Positions 31,901-46,552 are shown, counted from the stretch's first letter. The stretch is 64,000 bases of DNA from Azolla caroliniana (GCA_043228905.1 JBHGNT010000014.1:15872001-15936000), one strand, 5' to 3'. Notes: generated by a model not told the origin, from the letters alone. Program-made: numbers and translations.

Positions 31901-34900
31901 GCTGCAATAGACACAGATTGACCGATCAAGGCTACCCATGGAACATCAGATGTGATTGCTGGCCCTTGGCCTACTAGAAGTGCTTGAACAGCTGCAAGAC
32001 TCCTGGAGTCAGAAGCTGCTTGATCAACTTTACTGATAACTCCAACTGTCCTTGACCCTATAGAGGAAACAACTCTTTCAGAATGACATTTTTTGTCAGA
32101 TTTTAGAAATGTATTATTATCCTAACTAAAATTAGCTACCATCAGGATCCAAATCGTGTGCCAGCCGAAGACCTCGAGAGCTGGAAATTTCTGGAGCCTG
32201 GGATGCAGGAACAACTACAAGAAGAATTGAATCACTGTTCGCCGTGTACTGGTTCACCTATAGAAGCCAAACATTTAAGCAGCAGAATATTTTCTGAACA
32301 TGCAATTTAGAGAGAGCTATGAGTATTCAATCACATATACTTGTAATAATCCGATGGAGAGAGCATAGCATCTTCAATCATATATACTTGTAAAAATCAG
32401 CATGAAGATTTTAAATTAAGGTTAAACACTACACACCATGGAGTCATCAGCTGCCCGTTGATCAAGACCAGGAAGATCAATCAACTTCAATGGAGGTGCT
32501 GTAAAACCCAGTCACAGAAAATATGAAGCATTTCAATATAAATTTTTAATAGATACATTCACAAGTTGCAGGAATTTTTCAGTTTTCAAGCTACAGCAAG
32601 TCACTGATTAAAAGTTAACCATATCAATGTAGTATATTAATGTGAAAAAGAAACATATGTAATTTTATAAAGAAAACAAATGGATGCACATCATATACAT
32701 AACTTTGATTGGCTAAAATATATTTGAATAAAATTTAATAGAGAATGTAGAAAGTTTTGATTTCGGAATATAGTCTACATTCACATATACATCCTAATAA
32801 ATATGTCACCTGTGCTTGAACGAAGCTTCAGCTGAATTTCTTCAGGCTGTCTTTTCCCAGAAGAGGACATCTGGATAGCTTTACTGAGTTTATCTTGCAA
32901 AGAATGACGAATCGTGCCTGGAATATTGCATCACAAATAATGGCTTGTCAGAGGGAAATCTTTACAAAACAAACATAGCTTCGGTACCTCATGGTACACA
33001 TAAATGTGTAACCAGAAACACAAATACTAGGTTCATTCATGCATATGTATGTACAATGAGGTACACAAACAAATTCATATGGCATACACACATGTTCGTT
33101 ATATATACAAGGATAAATAGATATTACCTATATATGCACATATATTTGGCCTCTACATACTAGCGGCACAAGAAAATCAAATCATCAACCCTCTGACTAT
33201 AGAGTCAAAGAAGATAAGTGGGACACATGCAATGAGAATTCTGAGAATAGTCTACATTTCCAGCAAATGAGACCAAAAACGAATGTCATGTTTGTGTGCA
33301 AATACAAACATGTACAATGTCCATGCAAAGCTATACAGACACATTTGTACAGTATTCATTTGAGTGCCGATCTAGGTTCTACACAAATGTTTCTAATAAA
33401 CTTGTATGTTGGAGAAGGCATCCTAGGGTTTCATATTAACCTCTGCCTCAACTGTAACTATTGTTGCTTAAGATTTTAATGATTTCAATAATGTTCACAC
33501 ACCAAATTACATCCCCAAGAAAATTTCAACGATTGTAATGTATCAGTTTTTGCATCATCATTTATTTATGTTTGGCATTCTCAGGTTTCTCATTAACATC
33601 TTATGTTTCAGGGTTGCCACTAATGTTTCTTATAGTGAGTTTCTTAAATATATTCACACTTTCATTGATGATTGGACATGACAAACTGCATCCTGAATGG
33701 ATTATTATTATTGTCATGTATCAACTTTTAGTATCATATGCCTACAAGGCATTTCTGGATGTTATGTTTTTCCTTCTTGATAGTGTTTGAATCACCGATT
33801 ATTGTTACCATCCTAGGGTTTTTCATCACCCTCTGGTTCAAACTGTAACAATTGTTGCTTTCATTAATATTGGCACACATTTGCGGTGCATCAGCATTTG
33901 GTTCCATATGCTTTCGAGGCAGTCTGTGAACATTGACCGTAAAAACGTTTTTGTTTCATCCGTTCAAATTTTCTTTCTTTCATGCATAGGTAGGAGTGTC
34001 ACTAATATCACTATTATGAATTTGCAGCTATGATGCTTACTTGCGGAGACTTGTTGAGTCTTGTTTTCAATCTGTACAAGTAGCCCTTTACTAGTTAATG
34101 AGTCATCACGCTCCATATCAATAACAATAGGGGCTCTTGTTGCACCATTTTCTCCTGTTGGCTGCAAAAAGAAAAATAGTAATGCAGCTTTAACGATTAA
34201 AAATAACAAGCAAAATCCAAATGTGAGATATAGATGTCACAATCATTTAGGTATTTACTATTCATCAGTACAGAAAAATGACAATCAAAAGCATAAAGTG
34301 AATGTGACAATAATGACATCCCAAACATCTAAATGTTTACAATCCATCAAACCGTAATATTGGACATACCAGGACAGGATGCCCTATCAAACTATTGAGC
34401 ACTGCTGACTTCCCAGCACCCTACAAAAAGAATACCACCCAGAAATTAGAATGAAGGCAAACAATTCAAATTTTCTAAGAAAGAAATTACACTCAACTGA
34501 TAAATGGAAAATATATGACGTATAGATAATGTATGTTGTAAAATGTACACAATAAGCCACTAAAAGATGGTGACAAATTCATGTTACATGCAATCATCAG
34601 CTCATACAAAGAGATAACAAGTTATTACAGTATTGACACTGTACAATTGGCAAAAGATATTAACTTCTCGTTGCGGTGTTATAAGATGATGACACGGGCA
34701 TGCTACATGACTTTTCCTCTTCAAAAGTGATTTAGACTGACCGAGTATGAGAATTACAATGTTCATATCGCGAATGAATCAAGCTGAATTTTCCTACTTG
34801 TCTGATTCCAAAAGAAATCAGACAATAGATCAAGCAGTTGCATCGGGAACATACCATGTTGCCTAGGGCCACAACACCAAGAAAACCAGATGCTTGCTTG

Positions 34901-34980
34901 GTCGAATCCTCGGGATCTTCATCTGAAAGAAGTGCTGAAGCTTGTCTCATTGAGTCAGCCAATTGTATCAGGCTCTCCAT
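25932..34980 (-). CDS. DRP2: Dynamin-related protein 2 (DRP2A/B type: GTPase, middle, PH, GED, Pro-rich tail)
   Basis: 22 GT-AG coding exons traced. Motifs: [62 protein letters not shown] domain [31 protein letters not shown] at 34980, TAA at 25932. A probable 5' UTR intron lies at ~35148-35243. Confidence 0.96.
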
Positions 34981-36089
34981 CTCGACAAGACAAAGTGTAA
35001 AAGCAAACACAGCTCTATGAAGAGCGAGCTGCTCTGCGTAAAGTTAAACCGACAAAAGAGCGAGAAAAAGATAAATCCACAGATTCTTATGTATACAACA
35101 GTTGTTGCAACGATTTTACACACTCTTTTCCTGTAGATTGTTTTTACCTGCAGAGGAAAATATATCGAGAAGGAGCTGATCGCATTAAGCATACATAACA
35201 GAAAACAATGGATGAAGAAATGGAAGGAGTAGGGATCTTTTACCAGAAAATGTCAAATTTGCTGCCTTGTCGCGATCATAAACTAGAGTGAGAGAGAGAG
35301 AAGATCGAGCGTTGCCTGTGAAGAGGAGAATGCGGAGAGGGGGTAGGGGAAGGAGGAGGAGGAGAAACGTTAGATCTGCGATCCGAAGTGGAGGATCTGA
35401 GAGATCGAAAAGGAAGAAGGAGACGGCGATGGCGATGGAGATGGAGATGGAGATGGAGACGGAGACGAAGGAGAGGATGCAGTGGGGCGATGACTGACTG
35501 ACTCTCTCTCTCTCTCTCTCTCTCTCTGGACTGTCTGTGTCCCTCGGTGCTCAAACAAATAAAAAGGAAGAAGAAGACGAAGAAAGGATGAATGGATTCC
35601 TCAGTGTGTTAAAAAAGAAGAAGAGAAAAAACAAAGTTTTAACAAAAAAAACAATTCCTCTTCTTCTTCTTTTCCTCGGCTTTTTGAAAAACAAAAACAC
35701 AAAGTAGGGAAAAAACAAACAAAGAGATGAAAAAAGAAGAAGCTTTGGCATCTTCTTCGGACAGGAGTAATTCCGGTGGCACGTCCGCGAGCTGAGCCGA
35801 GCTGAAACCCTGAAGAAATTTCATTGCGTATCAAGAAGCGCCACCCGAGACTTTGGACTCGACTGAAAAGGCCAGACAAAGAGACTGACAAACTGACAAA
35901 GACCTGACACATTGACCAAGACTAACGAACTGACAGACAAATAGACTCACAAATTTTGTGTGTGGGAGAGAGAGAGAGAGCGGTCGATCTGCTGACGAAA
36001 GATTGAGATTGCCAGCCTTCCCTTGTCTACTATAAGGTGGTTCTTTCTAGCATAAAGTCGTGCGTGTCAAAAGGAACAATTCAAGCTTG

Positions 36090-37850
36090 TTGTTGCCTCA
36101 GGGCCCCAGGAAGAGGTTGGCAAAAAAGATTGTCGATGTAGTCACTTGTCTTGTATACAACGTAGTTTCTCTAGTATGTGGTCATGCAAGGAACGATTCC
36201 AAAGTTTTGCCCAACGAGAAAGGTGAGATCAATTGATCTACCTATTCACGTAGATGAACATTCTCTAGGTTCAAAAGTATTGTGTCTCAAGTGACTTTAC
36301 TTAGGCTCAAGTCCAACATGGTGTCTGTGTGTGTCTGTGTGTAGCAACATAGGTTCTTCTTTTGTAAACCTTCCCAATCATATCCTCCCAAATACATTTG
36401 TTCAAGTATGCATCTTAGTGGTGGATACTCGAGAAAAATGAGAGAGACACTTAACCTTTAATTGCAAATATTCTCAAAAAACAATATGTTTTCTCTTCAA
36501 TGTATGTATATGTGTTCATGACTTAAATTTGAAAATTTCAATCCTTTGACAATAATGAATTTGTACATTCAATTGAAGATGAAAGAGTGGGGCTCTATCA
36601 AGGGGAGGAGGCAAATAGTCCATAAGCCTGAAGTGTGGACACATAGGAAGACATGTTGCTCCCATATAACAAAGTTTGTTGTCATATAATGAGTCAATGA
36701 AGTTGGTTTCGGGACTTAGGAACATTGATAGTTTGTTTGCCACAACATTGGGGAACAAACATAAATGTTTGATGAAGGGAAATGGGTGAGTGTTAAAAAT
36801 CAAGGGAGTGAAATGAAGTACATCAACGATGCACTTCTAGCTTGATATTGTCTATGTCAAGGTTGGGGAGGATGTCTATTATCAATGGTGAAAGTCCACA
36901 ACAATATGGGATGAGTAGTGTGGCAAGTGGAAAGAAACCACAATTCATTCATGTCAACAAATGTACAACATTAGATGCGGAAGAGGGTAATAGCATATTA
37001 TATGCAAATTTACAACATCAATATTATGGATGTTGCATATGTATGATGTTATGCACGAGTTTTGTGACAAAGGTCCCCATGATGGGCAAGTCATGCTAGA
37101 AGTATTTCTCGCATGAGACTCAAAGCAATGTTCTTCTAGAATTGGTTCATGATTACCTTTGCAAAATACAACAAGTGGAATGTATTGCTTCTGCCTCATC
37201 ACTAGTGATCATAATATGATGATGTGGATATATGTTTTTGAAGAGAAAGTTGTGTCATGGTTTTGGGAAGATTATTGGACAAGATTATATATAGATATGT
37301 ATCATAAATGAGATGGTGTCCAAGAAGGGTTCACGTTATTGGGAACTAAAAGATGGGAATTGAGTAGTGGAGAAGTGATCAGATATAAAGTTGAAAGGTG
37401 TAATGAGTTTGCGGAATAAATAGTGTCGAATGGAATTCATGGGCATTGAAGGCTCTATATAATACACAAGAAAACAAAGTGGACAATGTTTAAAAACTGT
37501 CCATTGTCAAGATGGTTTAATGATACTCAAAGAAGTAAGGTTATGTGATTTCTATTCATTAATCCTTTTTCCGTTCTTTAACATTGCTTAATCTCTCCTT
37601 CAACTTCATTATCATTCTCTTTTTTATGCTCATCCTCTTGGCATCAAGACTAAAGATATGACTTATTGGATTAAGAAAATAAATTCCTATCACTCTAGTC
37701 TATTACCTTTCTTTTGTACACAGTCAATTAGAGAGCCAACATGTGATTGTTCTTGCTATATTCCATCCATCCATTGTAATTTTGCACAACAATATTTCTT
37801 ATCTAATAATGGATGTCAAAAAGGCCATCCATCATGCGTAAGTATTTAAA
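36090..37850 (+). pseudogene. Very degenerate MULE/SWIM-type transposase remnant
   Basis: Scattered motif remnants in the expected order: KKDCRC..IY..HVD, ATxxGTNK-like, FWEDYW, NSVE..H..LK, TCDCSCY..C. No intact ORF. Confidence 0.4.
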
Positions 37851-39549
37851 GCCTCCAAAGTAGAGCCTTCTAGGGAAGTGGACAACCCAAAAAAAGAGTT
37901 ATCTTGGAGGTATCTGAGACTGAGTTTGATCACTAGAAAGTGCATTTTCATAGGAAAAATTTGACTTCCAATCTAGGGACATGCCAAAATCCAAGCATCA
38001 CATGTATGATCCAATGACTTCAAATGAACAAGCTATAAAGGGGCAAAGAAAGAACAAATTCATGGCAATGTGTGAATGCAAGGGAGTACAAGAGAGAAGG
38101 ATTGATTAGAACCCACCAAAATGACAAGGAGGGGCGTGGGGGTCATGAGAACATTCATATACACGTGTTTTTGGACAAGTCTCAAAATTATGTTCAACGT
38201 CTCAAATGAAGAGAGAGTGGCGGAAGTAGAGCAAGGACTATCCACACGCCATTCAAGGGTCACAATGTTGAAGAGAAGGTATGTGGGTTTGATAATTGAA
38301 AGTGGTCTCCTCACCATCACATAATCATGGAAAGCCTCCAATGAACGTGGCGAGATCCCCCGTAAAAGTAAAAATAAATAAATCTATAAATCAAGTTTCA
38401 AAAGTTTCATAGGAATGTTTCGTTGGACAATGCGTAAGCATGCAGACTTAGTATATAAAGAGATCTCAGTTGATTGGGGCACCCTTCCCAATTGGTCCCG
38501 ATGGAACGCGAGCTTGGATTGAAAATATATTTGGATTCAACGAAAGACATGCTTCTTCTGCCACCCTATCTCCCAAATCTACTCGATGTTCAAATCCAAT
38601 TCAGAAGTCTAGGATTGATATTCAGCCCCAACTTAGTACAAATTCATGCATTTGGGGAATTAGTGGGGATGTGTTCATATTAGGGACCCTATACAGGAAA
38701 GTTGTGGGTCCCATTAGCTATATATGTTAGAATTATAAATCAATGATGTGGCATGTTCAAAGGGAGAAATTTGCGAAAATGTAAAGTTGAAACGACATGG
38801 TTTTTGGAAACCATAGCTCAAATAGTAAGAGCTAACGATTGGAGCACAAGGTTTAAGGGTTCAAAACCCCTTGAATGGAATGGATGGGAGGGTTTATCTC
38901 CAACGCATAGGGATGACAATGAAACATGCCACATATATGAACCTGTTGATGTACATTTTGCCAAAATGAAGGACCTATGCAAGGATAAGGACAATAAATG
39001 GATCGGTGCCTATTAAAAGAGACAATACCATTTTTAGTTTTCTAGAGCGATATCCAAAATGCTATATGATGAAGAAGAGAGTAAATATTGTCAAGTTCAC
39101 AAGTTTTGGGAAATCAATGCCCAAGCTTTGTCTGCCAACCAAATCATGAGGTAGCAAATCACACGGGTGTGCTGTGTGTGGGAGGCCTACTACGATAGCA
39201 TGGGCAATGTGGACATCGATCACACACTTGACACACTAAAACTCAAGGTACCAATATTTTTTAGTCTTAGTTCATTTTCTCTTAATTTTCCCACCCTAAA
39301 TAAAAGGGTTTTCCAAATAATGTAATCCGGATAAAATCACATAACCAAAACTATTATAAGGGAGAAAACTAAAATTGCAATTCTCTTGAATGCCTTTAAA
39401 TTTATATATTCAAATTGATTTAATGGTCTCTCTTATTATCTTACATGACATTGTTTTAGGGAATACGCGCCAAAGGAGAAAGCAAATGACTAATTTCCTT
39501 ATTTTGCCGATGAGTTGATCATGTAGGTATGGCACATAAGACGTCTTGG

Positions 39550-39825
39550 CATGACTCTCCATGACAGAAAAATTGTTTTCCTTGAAACCTACAAAGACAT
39601 ACTCTAGTTCTTGGCTAAGGGGCTAATCGATGTATGCAACAGTTTTTATTGTAAAAGTGCTCGGTAAGGCTCTCCTTGAGAAGAACACGACTCTCCATGA
39701 CAGAAAAATTGTTTTCCTTGAAACCTACAAAGACATACTCTAGTTATTGGCTAAGGGGCTAATCGATGTCTGCAACAGTTTTTATTGCAAAAGTGCTCGG
39801 TAAGGCTCTCCTTGAGAAGAACATG
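39550..39825. repeat. 136-bp direct tandem duplication
   Basis: gactctccatgacagaaaaattg starts at 39553 and 39689, with a few substitutions between copies. Confidence 0.93.
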
Positions 39826-40485
39826 TTGGGGAACTATATGTTCCCACTAGCATCATTCCTTTAGCCAATGCTTAATCTTGGGAACGTGATTGACCATTGG
39901 GGTTTAATTTTTTCCATCATGTGGGATTTGTCCATATATGAATCTCTTTCACACACACACACAAGCTCAATTGTGTACACAAAACAGGAATCCCACGCAC
40001 GTGTTCATGTGTTCGCTCCAGTGCACAGTGCATGTAACATTTTTACACATCCAAGCCGTGCGCATATTTGTGGAATCCAAGCACGCCACACATAGAGGGG
40101 GCACAACACGTTAAACGTGCTAGATCAAAACGTCACCCGCACACATGCACTCATGCATACGCACACACAGTGCTCATGCTCTCGTACACACGCGCACACA
40201 CACGCACATGCGTATGGACGCACACACAAAGTGCACACGCTTACGAGGGGACGTGTTGAGAAAGGGAATCGTTTGTCGGAAGCACGGCCACATACCACGA
40301 TCCTTAGTGGCAAATGCCACCGAATAATATCCATCTTCCCGAGGGGGTCCGGCTCGCTTTTCTCACACCCTAGCCACTGACTCTCTCTCTCTCTCTCTCT
40401 CTTTCGAGAGTGAGCGTGGGGTTTCCCGAGCGGCTAGCTTCTTTCACACTCTACTTACCTAGGATTTTCTTCTAGAGGCACACTT

Positions 40486-40570
40486 GCGGGGGCTGGCCGG
40501 CCGTGCGGCCTTTACGAAGTGTCCGGCCGGGGCCGCAGCCCGGACGCCCGCCCGCCCGCCCGCCAGCCCA
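40486..40570. promoter_or_regulatory. GC/CpG-rich patch with (GCCC)n between CT microsatellites, in the promoter region of the At4g18490-like gene
   Basis: Strongly GC-rich island in AT-rich DNA, about 450 bp upstream of the ATG. Confidence 0.5.
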
Positions 40571-41002
40571 ATGGTGGCAACCTGAGCCGCTGCCATGGAA
40601 GTGCTCTCTCTCTCTCTCTCTCTCTGCTACGTTTCCTTCCTCGCCCCTCTGCTAACTAAGATCACGTTCCTCATACCCATATGGTTCTTCTTCTGTTCAC
40701 CATCCTCCAAATCTAATTAGCTCAAGAAAGATCCCGTCTCGGTAATTCATGTAAATCCATTAAGCGATGCAGTTTTTCTTTTTCTTGTTTTTTTTCTGCT
40801 TGTTTTTGCTTGCAATGTTTGATAGGTCTTCTTTGATTTGCTCAAATTTCTTCCCCCCCCCCCCGTCGGTCCGATCACATTAGATGTGCTGGTTCTTTTC
40901 TTAATTCTTTACGGAAGTATTCTGTGATGAAATTCTACTAAAACCATGGCGTTTCCTTTCCCAGATCCATCGTCAAGGAATATTATCTTCAGTAAAGATA
41001 AT

Positions 41003-44000
41003 ATGGCCCGGCAGAAAACTAGCGAGAAAATCAGTTTTGGTGCGTTTAGATCCTTATTTGGCATCATCTAAAAGAATCAATGCGGCGAATCAGTTTGCAG
41101 AGTTCAAATCGTGATATATATACTAATTATGGACTCAGAAAAGCTGTCGTTTTCATGCTCAGATGATGATCTTGGGGATGATTTCATGTCTTCATGGAAG
41201 CCTGGGGAACCGTTATCTGCATATTTGAACTTTGACGATGATGAAGCAGCTCAAAAGAATAGTAAGAAATCGTTTTCCCTGGCCAAAATGTAAGTATGCC
41301 CGATCAATCCGTTCGGTTCGTTTTCTTCTCCCTATCCCTCTCTCTCTCTATATATACATATATTCTGGAAACTTGACTTTGAATCTTCGTTTAAAATTTC
41401 CTGCGTGATGCAGGGACATGGATTTCGATTTCGATCGCAGTTTGAATGCTCTATCAAGCTTTAATATTGATATGCCCGACCTTGACTTTCCCATCCGATC
41501 AGTTTCTAAAACAAGAGACAGTGCCAAAGCGGAGCAGAAGACGCGCGACACCAGCAAGAAAGGAAATTCGAAATTCTGTTTCGAGTTCAACGGGTATGGC
41601 TAATCTCTAGGCGTTTCTCTGAGTTGTAAAGCTAAGGAGTTCCTTTCTATGGATGGGGTGTCAGTCGAAGAGGAAACTCTGAGAACTTAGCAAAACGTGA
41701 CTGTATAATTAATTGCAAATCTGTTCGATCACGTTTTCTTACGCGCGCAGGCTTGATGATTTTGATTTGGACGACACACTGAAGACAAATAAAGATCCAA
41801 AAAGCAAAACGTCTCTGCAGAACGAAAAGGAAGATTTTGGCCCACCTGATGCAGGTGGTAAATATGGCGGCAAAAAGGCGGAGTCACTCAATAATCTGTT
41901 TGAATATGACGAAAAAGAAACAAGTATAGGCAAGCATCTTAACCTTCAAAATCAGAAACAAGATCCAATAGCTGATGAACTAATGGCTGCTACAAGCATA
42001 GATCACAATGGAAGTGGTAGAATTCAGAGAGGAGATCCAACATCTGACAGAAGAAGATCCCTTACCTTCTCTAGTGATAAAATATCCCAAACTAAACGTA
42101 CTCTAAGTATCCATGACTCTCACGAACAAACGTCCATGGAATCTGACGATTGTCCATCAGCAAAAAGGAGGACTAGCAGTTATGCAACGTCTTCAGCCAA
42201 TGCAGCTACTGCAGAGATAGTTAGTGCTGATGAGAAAGAAATTTTAGGTGATCACTGCGTATATATATAGTGTTTTTTTTGCTGTATTCCTTAAATTGGT
42301 TTTTGGAACCTCAGTAACTGCAATCATTTCCGATTGTCATCATTTAGAATTGCGTCTTCTTTCTGCACATTTCTTTGGTTTCTTCAAGGTTCATACTTTG
42401 ATACTGTTTATATGACATCGAGCACAAAGAGAGAACACCTATTGAGCTGGATAGTGGATGCATACAATTGCTCCCAAAGCAGCCGGAATCTCCAAAACTT
42501 AGTCCAAAGCAAGAAAATAGAAAGCAGCACATAGAGAAGTTAAGTGAAAACAACCATGAAGCTGAAGCCACCTCGGACACGTTACCACCTTCTGAGGTGG
42601 AAGCAGTAAAACTGAATGAAATCAAATCAGAAATCAGGTTTAATACTTTTGTTATATGATGACGATCTTATTTATTTAGAAACACTCTTGTTAAAAGGTT
42701 CTTATTAACACTGAAGAGAAATAGCTTCTTGTGCCACTCATATTGAAAGTCCTCTTTTGCATTTCAATAGTAGGTCATTATAGATCTGAACAGAAATAAA
42801 AATAACACTGAGTCCGATTATTGCTTTAGTAAAAGATCAGGGACACCTCAAGAAGAAACGCCATCACCACACAGAATAACCACAAAGGGTTTGCAAGAGA
42901 GTGTTGGAATCAGGACATTGAAAACGCTAGCACAATCAGGCATCTGTACAAAATCCAGATTTAATAGGTACCAATTTGTTTTCTCCAGATAATGTGTCAA
43001 TAGTTATGATACTTTAACAAGTAAATATCTGTCTTGGGCCTTTCCAGCCAACAAGTAAAAATTTCCAATGGTAGTTGTCATCCCCAACAGAAGTACAACT
43101 TGGAAAACGCTGAAATTGTGGAGAAATTACCCCAGAATATGCAAGCAAAACGGTAAGCATTCTCTATTGATAATGGTGCAAAGTATGCCATGAAATTATA
43201 ACGATTTCTGTATTCTTATTTGTCCTCACTACCTTTGAAATTATTGAAAATGTTTGGGTATTCACAAATCTGTTCTTCACGTGATCTGCAACCGTTGTAA
43301 TTTACACAGTTAATGATATGGGGAAATGTCTTCTCAGATATTCAATGCATTGAAACATAATACATAACTATATGAGTGGATTTTCTCAATTAATTGTTCT
43401 CTGTGGAATTTCTATTTAAATGTAAGCTCTGGTACTTGAAGTTGGCATCGGAAGAACTTTCTACCAGGTACTTAGATTCATACATAATGTTCTATGGTTA
43501 GTAGTTTTTTTCGAAACGTTTATCGTCTTTCCCTATTCTAGACAATCATCCGTTGCTTGACGCATATAGTGTTTGCAGGTAAATTTCAAAAGCATTATTT
43601 AAATGTCCAAAGTACACTTGAAATTGTCTTGTTCAGGATTGACACATTCCTTTTTATATTTTCTATTTCTTTTACAAGACAACAAAATCAATATTGAGAT
43701 AAAAGCTACATAGCAAATCTATGCTGGAAAAATGAGGGGTTGTTCCAAGAATAGAGTTTTTTTGTACTATCAAACGTTCTCTCTATAATAAAATGCCTTA
43801 CTTGTTTAGAGAGGAGGAGATTGATTGATTATAAGGCATGGTAATTAAACAGGAAGTTCGATGCAAATATACAGACATCAGATTCTCTTGCACACTCAGA
43901 TGCAATCAACAAATTGATTGCAGACGCAGAAGCAGAATCATCCGATTCATTGAGCTCAAAGAAACAATGCAGGGAACCATGCACTAACCTACCTAAAAAC

Positions 44001-45973
44001 AACATTCAATCTAGGAACAACCTCGTCTTGAAATCTTCCCTAAATCTGGCTCCTAAGAGGCTTCTCCAAGGTGGCCAGACTCCGAGTAAGATAGAGAAGA
44101 CGTTGACACTTCAATCTTCAAGGTTTGCGAACGCTCATTGTCTTCTGACCTTAAGGTTAATAATTGTGTAAGGTTAAATAGCTATTCAGAGGCAAACCTT
44201 GGTGATTCCTATTGATTACAGATCAGATATGGCTATTGATCCAAAGAGAATCACTGTCAAATCTCCTACTGTACCTACACAAAATGACGCTGCTCAGATG
44301 GGGGTCAATGCTTTAGCTGGATCGCTCCAGAAATCTTCATTTCCATCTGCATCACTTCAACCAAACAAAAGACACATAGACCAGGTCGATTGCTACTGAT
44401 ACAGAAAAAATGCTTAATCTATCCCAATGCTGATTCGAAAATATGTAATGAAATGTGAAATCAAGCAATATGACATCTTCCCAGGAAAATTCTCTCCTTG
44501 GAAAGAGCAAGTCTAATGCAGGAAATGGACTAATTGGCAGCACTAAGACTAGCTCAGCGGGTCATTCTCTTTTGGGCAGGACAAAGTCTACTGGACTTCT
44601 GCGGTAAAATCACTGGAAACAAAATAAGAAGCTTACTGCTTTAATCCAATCAATATAAGTCTATAATTGTCTTTATAATCTCAATCGAGTGGCATTATTC
44701 TGAGTACAGAGAGGCTTCTGAAAAAGCATTTAAATTCAATTTCGAAGGCAAGAAAGATATAGTTGCACGGATCAATGCTAATTCTGAAGCAAGAACAGAA
44801 GAAGATAATAAGATGGAAATTAAGGTGCGAAGTCTAGGTCAAAGGGATCATTTAAATATGGATTTGATCGGAGCTGGAATTTTACTGACAGAATAGTTCA
44901 CATGATGCAAAGGTGCAAGTTCCTGTAACAGATAAGTTCTCCACGGATCAAGTACAGGCTGGCATCAAATTAGAAGAACAGCTAGTAGATGCGGAAACTC
45001 TGAAAGGTCGCTTCATCAATACGGTTCCAGATAAACTCTCTGGTGATCATGATGAGGCTTACATGAAATCAGTAATTGAGAAAGACAGAGGAGGATCGGC
45101 ATTAAAAGTAATCAAAGAAGATGGCAATCGCCACCATTCTCGGCCAGCTGTGGCTACAGATTCATATGCTTTGAAGGATTTATATGGTTATGGAATAGCC
45201 GAGGAGAAGGCTGAAAGTTATGCAAATCGCCTTGATCATGTACTTCCCATTTTGTTTTTCAAACTTCACATTTGGGTTTCCAATTTCATTTAATTGACTG
45301 AAAGAGGTTGATTGGCAACAGCTTCTGAAGCTGTTGAAGGAGAAGCAGGAAGAGGCCATGGATTTACACGTAAGAGCGCTGGTCATCAACAACACCTTCC
45401 TGGTCCTCAATAATCCAGCCGACCAAGACAAGATATCCATCCTTTTTCTCCATTAAAAACAAACATAAACAAATCTGTGTGAGCTTGAGTCCCTATCTGT
45501 CTATAAAGCTTTTTTCTTTGGTAATTTGGTGCATACGGTGTCTACCTACGTATGGATATAAAGTTTTTTTTCTTTAGGTAATTTGGTGCATACAGTGTCT
45601 ATCTAAGATTTTATTCTTTAGTAAATTGCTGCATTTAAGTGTCTTATCTATGCATGTATATAAAGCTTTTTTCTTTATAGTAAATTAGTGCATAAAGTGA
45701 GATTTTAGCTTGAGTGCCTGATATAAAACTTTTCCCTTTTTCCTTTAATTAATTAGTGCATAACTACATAGAGTCACATTTGAACGTGAGTGCAATGTAT
45801 GTATGAATGTATACGAAGTATTTTTCTTGTTGTTGTTAACCTTATATCTGTAAATTGGATGGAATGAATACATCGAGAAGATTGTGAAGCACATCCAAGA
45901 GAAGCTACATGGGGCAACCACTCTATATCGCGGAGGCGAGCTGACCATTTCCGTTGGAGATAATAATAGATAG
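41003..45973 (+). CDS. Uncharacterised At4g18490-like protein
   Basis: The N-terminus reads DDDLGDDFMSSWK...DMDFDFD..LSSFNIDMPDLDF...FEFNGLDDFDLD (exons 41003-41039, 41163-41289, 41414-41593, 41751-...). The C-terminus reads EKAESYANRLDH/LLKLLKEKQEEAMDLHVRALVINN.FLVLNNP..QDK. Middle exons are low-complexity and were not all fixed. The last exon depends on an AT-AC intron. Confidence 0.8.
45433..45871 (+). other. Putative U12-type AT-AC intron
   Basis: Donor AAG|ATATCCATCCTTT. Candidate AC acceptors at 45767 (branch site TTCCTTTAAT at 45740-45749) and 45871 (in-frame exon IEKIVKHIQEKL...*). Confidence 0.65.
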
Positions 45974-46479
45974 TAGATATCATTGGAATACAAAGGATTC
46001 TGAAGGATAGAGGGAAAGGTTATCGGGTTTCTCCCCATACTTCATCCATACCGATAATCTCCCCATACTTCATTCATACCGATAAGGATGTCGATTATTA
46101 GTACACTTTGACTCAATAATGTAGCACATATATTTGGTCAATTTTATGCATCCATATTTTTGCTTTGTTTATGTGTATGTAATGTTTTACTTTGATAATT
46201 GCACCTCCAAATGCAATATCTTTTGTCAATGTATCTTTTTGACGTTGTATTTGTCGCATAAGAAACACTAACATTTAAGGATAGAATGATTAAAAAAACA
46301 GGCAAGCATGTAACTTATATACTTTTGAGTAACCTAGATGGTAATATATGGCAAACCACAAATCTAAATGTTGTTAAATGTTGCATTGAGATATATATAC
46401 AACTATACCTCTAGTGAGGACATTTTATCTACGAAACAGAATAGATGGATGTGAGAGATATCTATAGAATAATGGAGAG

Positions 46480-46552
46480 GTGAGAAATTGGATTTCGAAC
46501 CCAAGACATAGTGCTAATAATGTAATGACTTACCACTAGTGTAAGCCAATTA
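46480..46552 (-). mobile_element. Possible tRNA-derived SINE remnant
   Basis: A-box-like TGGCTTACACTAGTGG and B-box-like GGTTCGAAATCC about 33 nt apart. No cloverleaf. Confidence 0.3.

Noticed and set aside
35276-35912. Several short ORFs around the DRP2 5' end
   Set aside because: Products of GA/CT and ATGGAG microsatellites in UTR and promoter DNA.
39950-40330. His/Thr-rich ORFs
   Set aside because: Translations of CA-rich low-complexity sequence.
40486-40570. GC-rich patch resembling an HDV-like ribozyme (GGCCGG...CCGGCC GG, GGC-CGCA-GCC, CGGA)
   Set aside because: P3 and P2 cannot be paired properly and L3 lacks the expected C residues. Treated as a promoter GC island.
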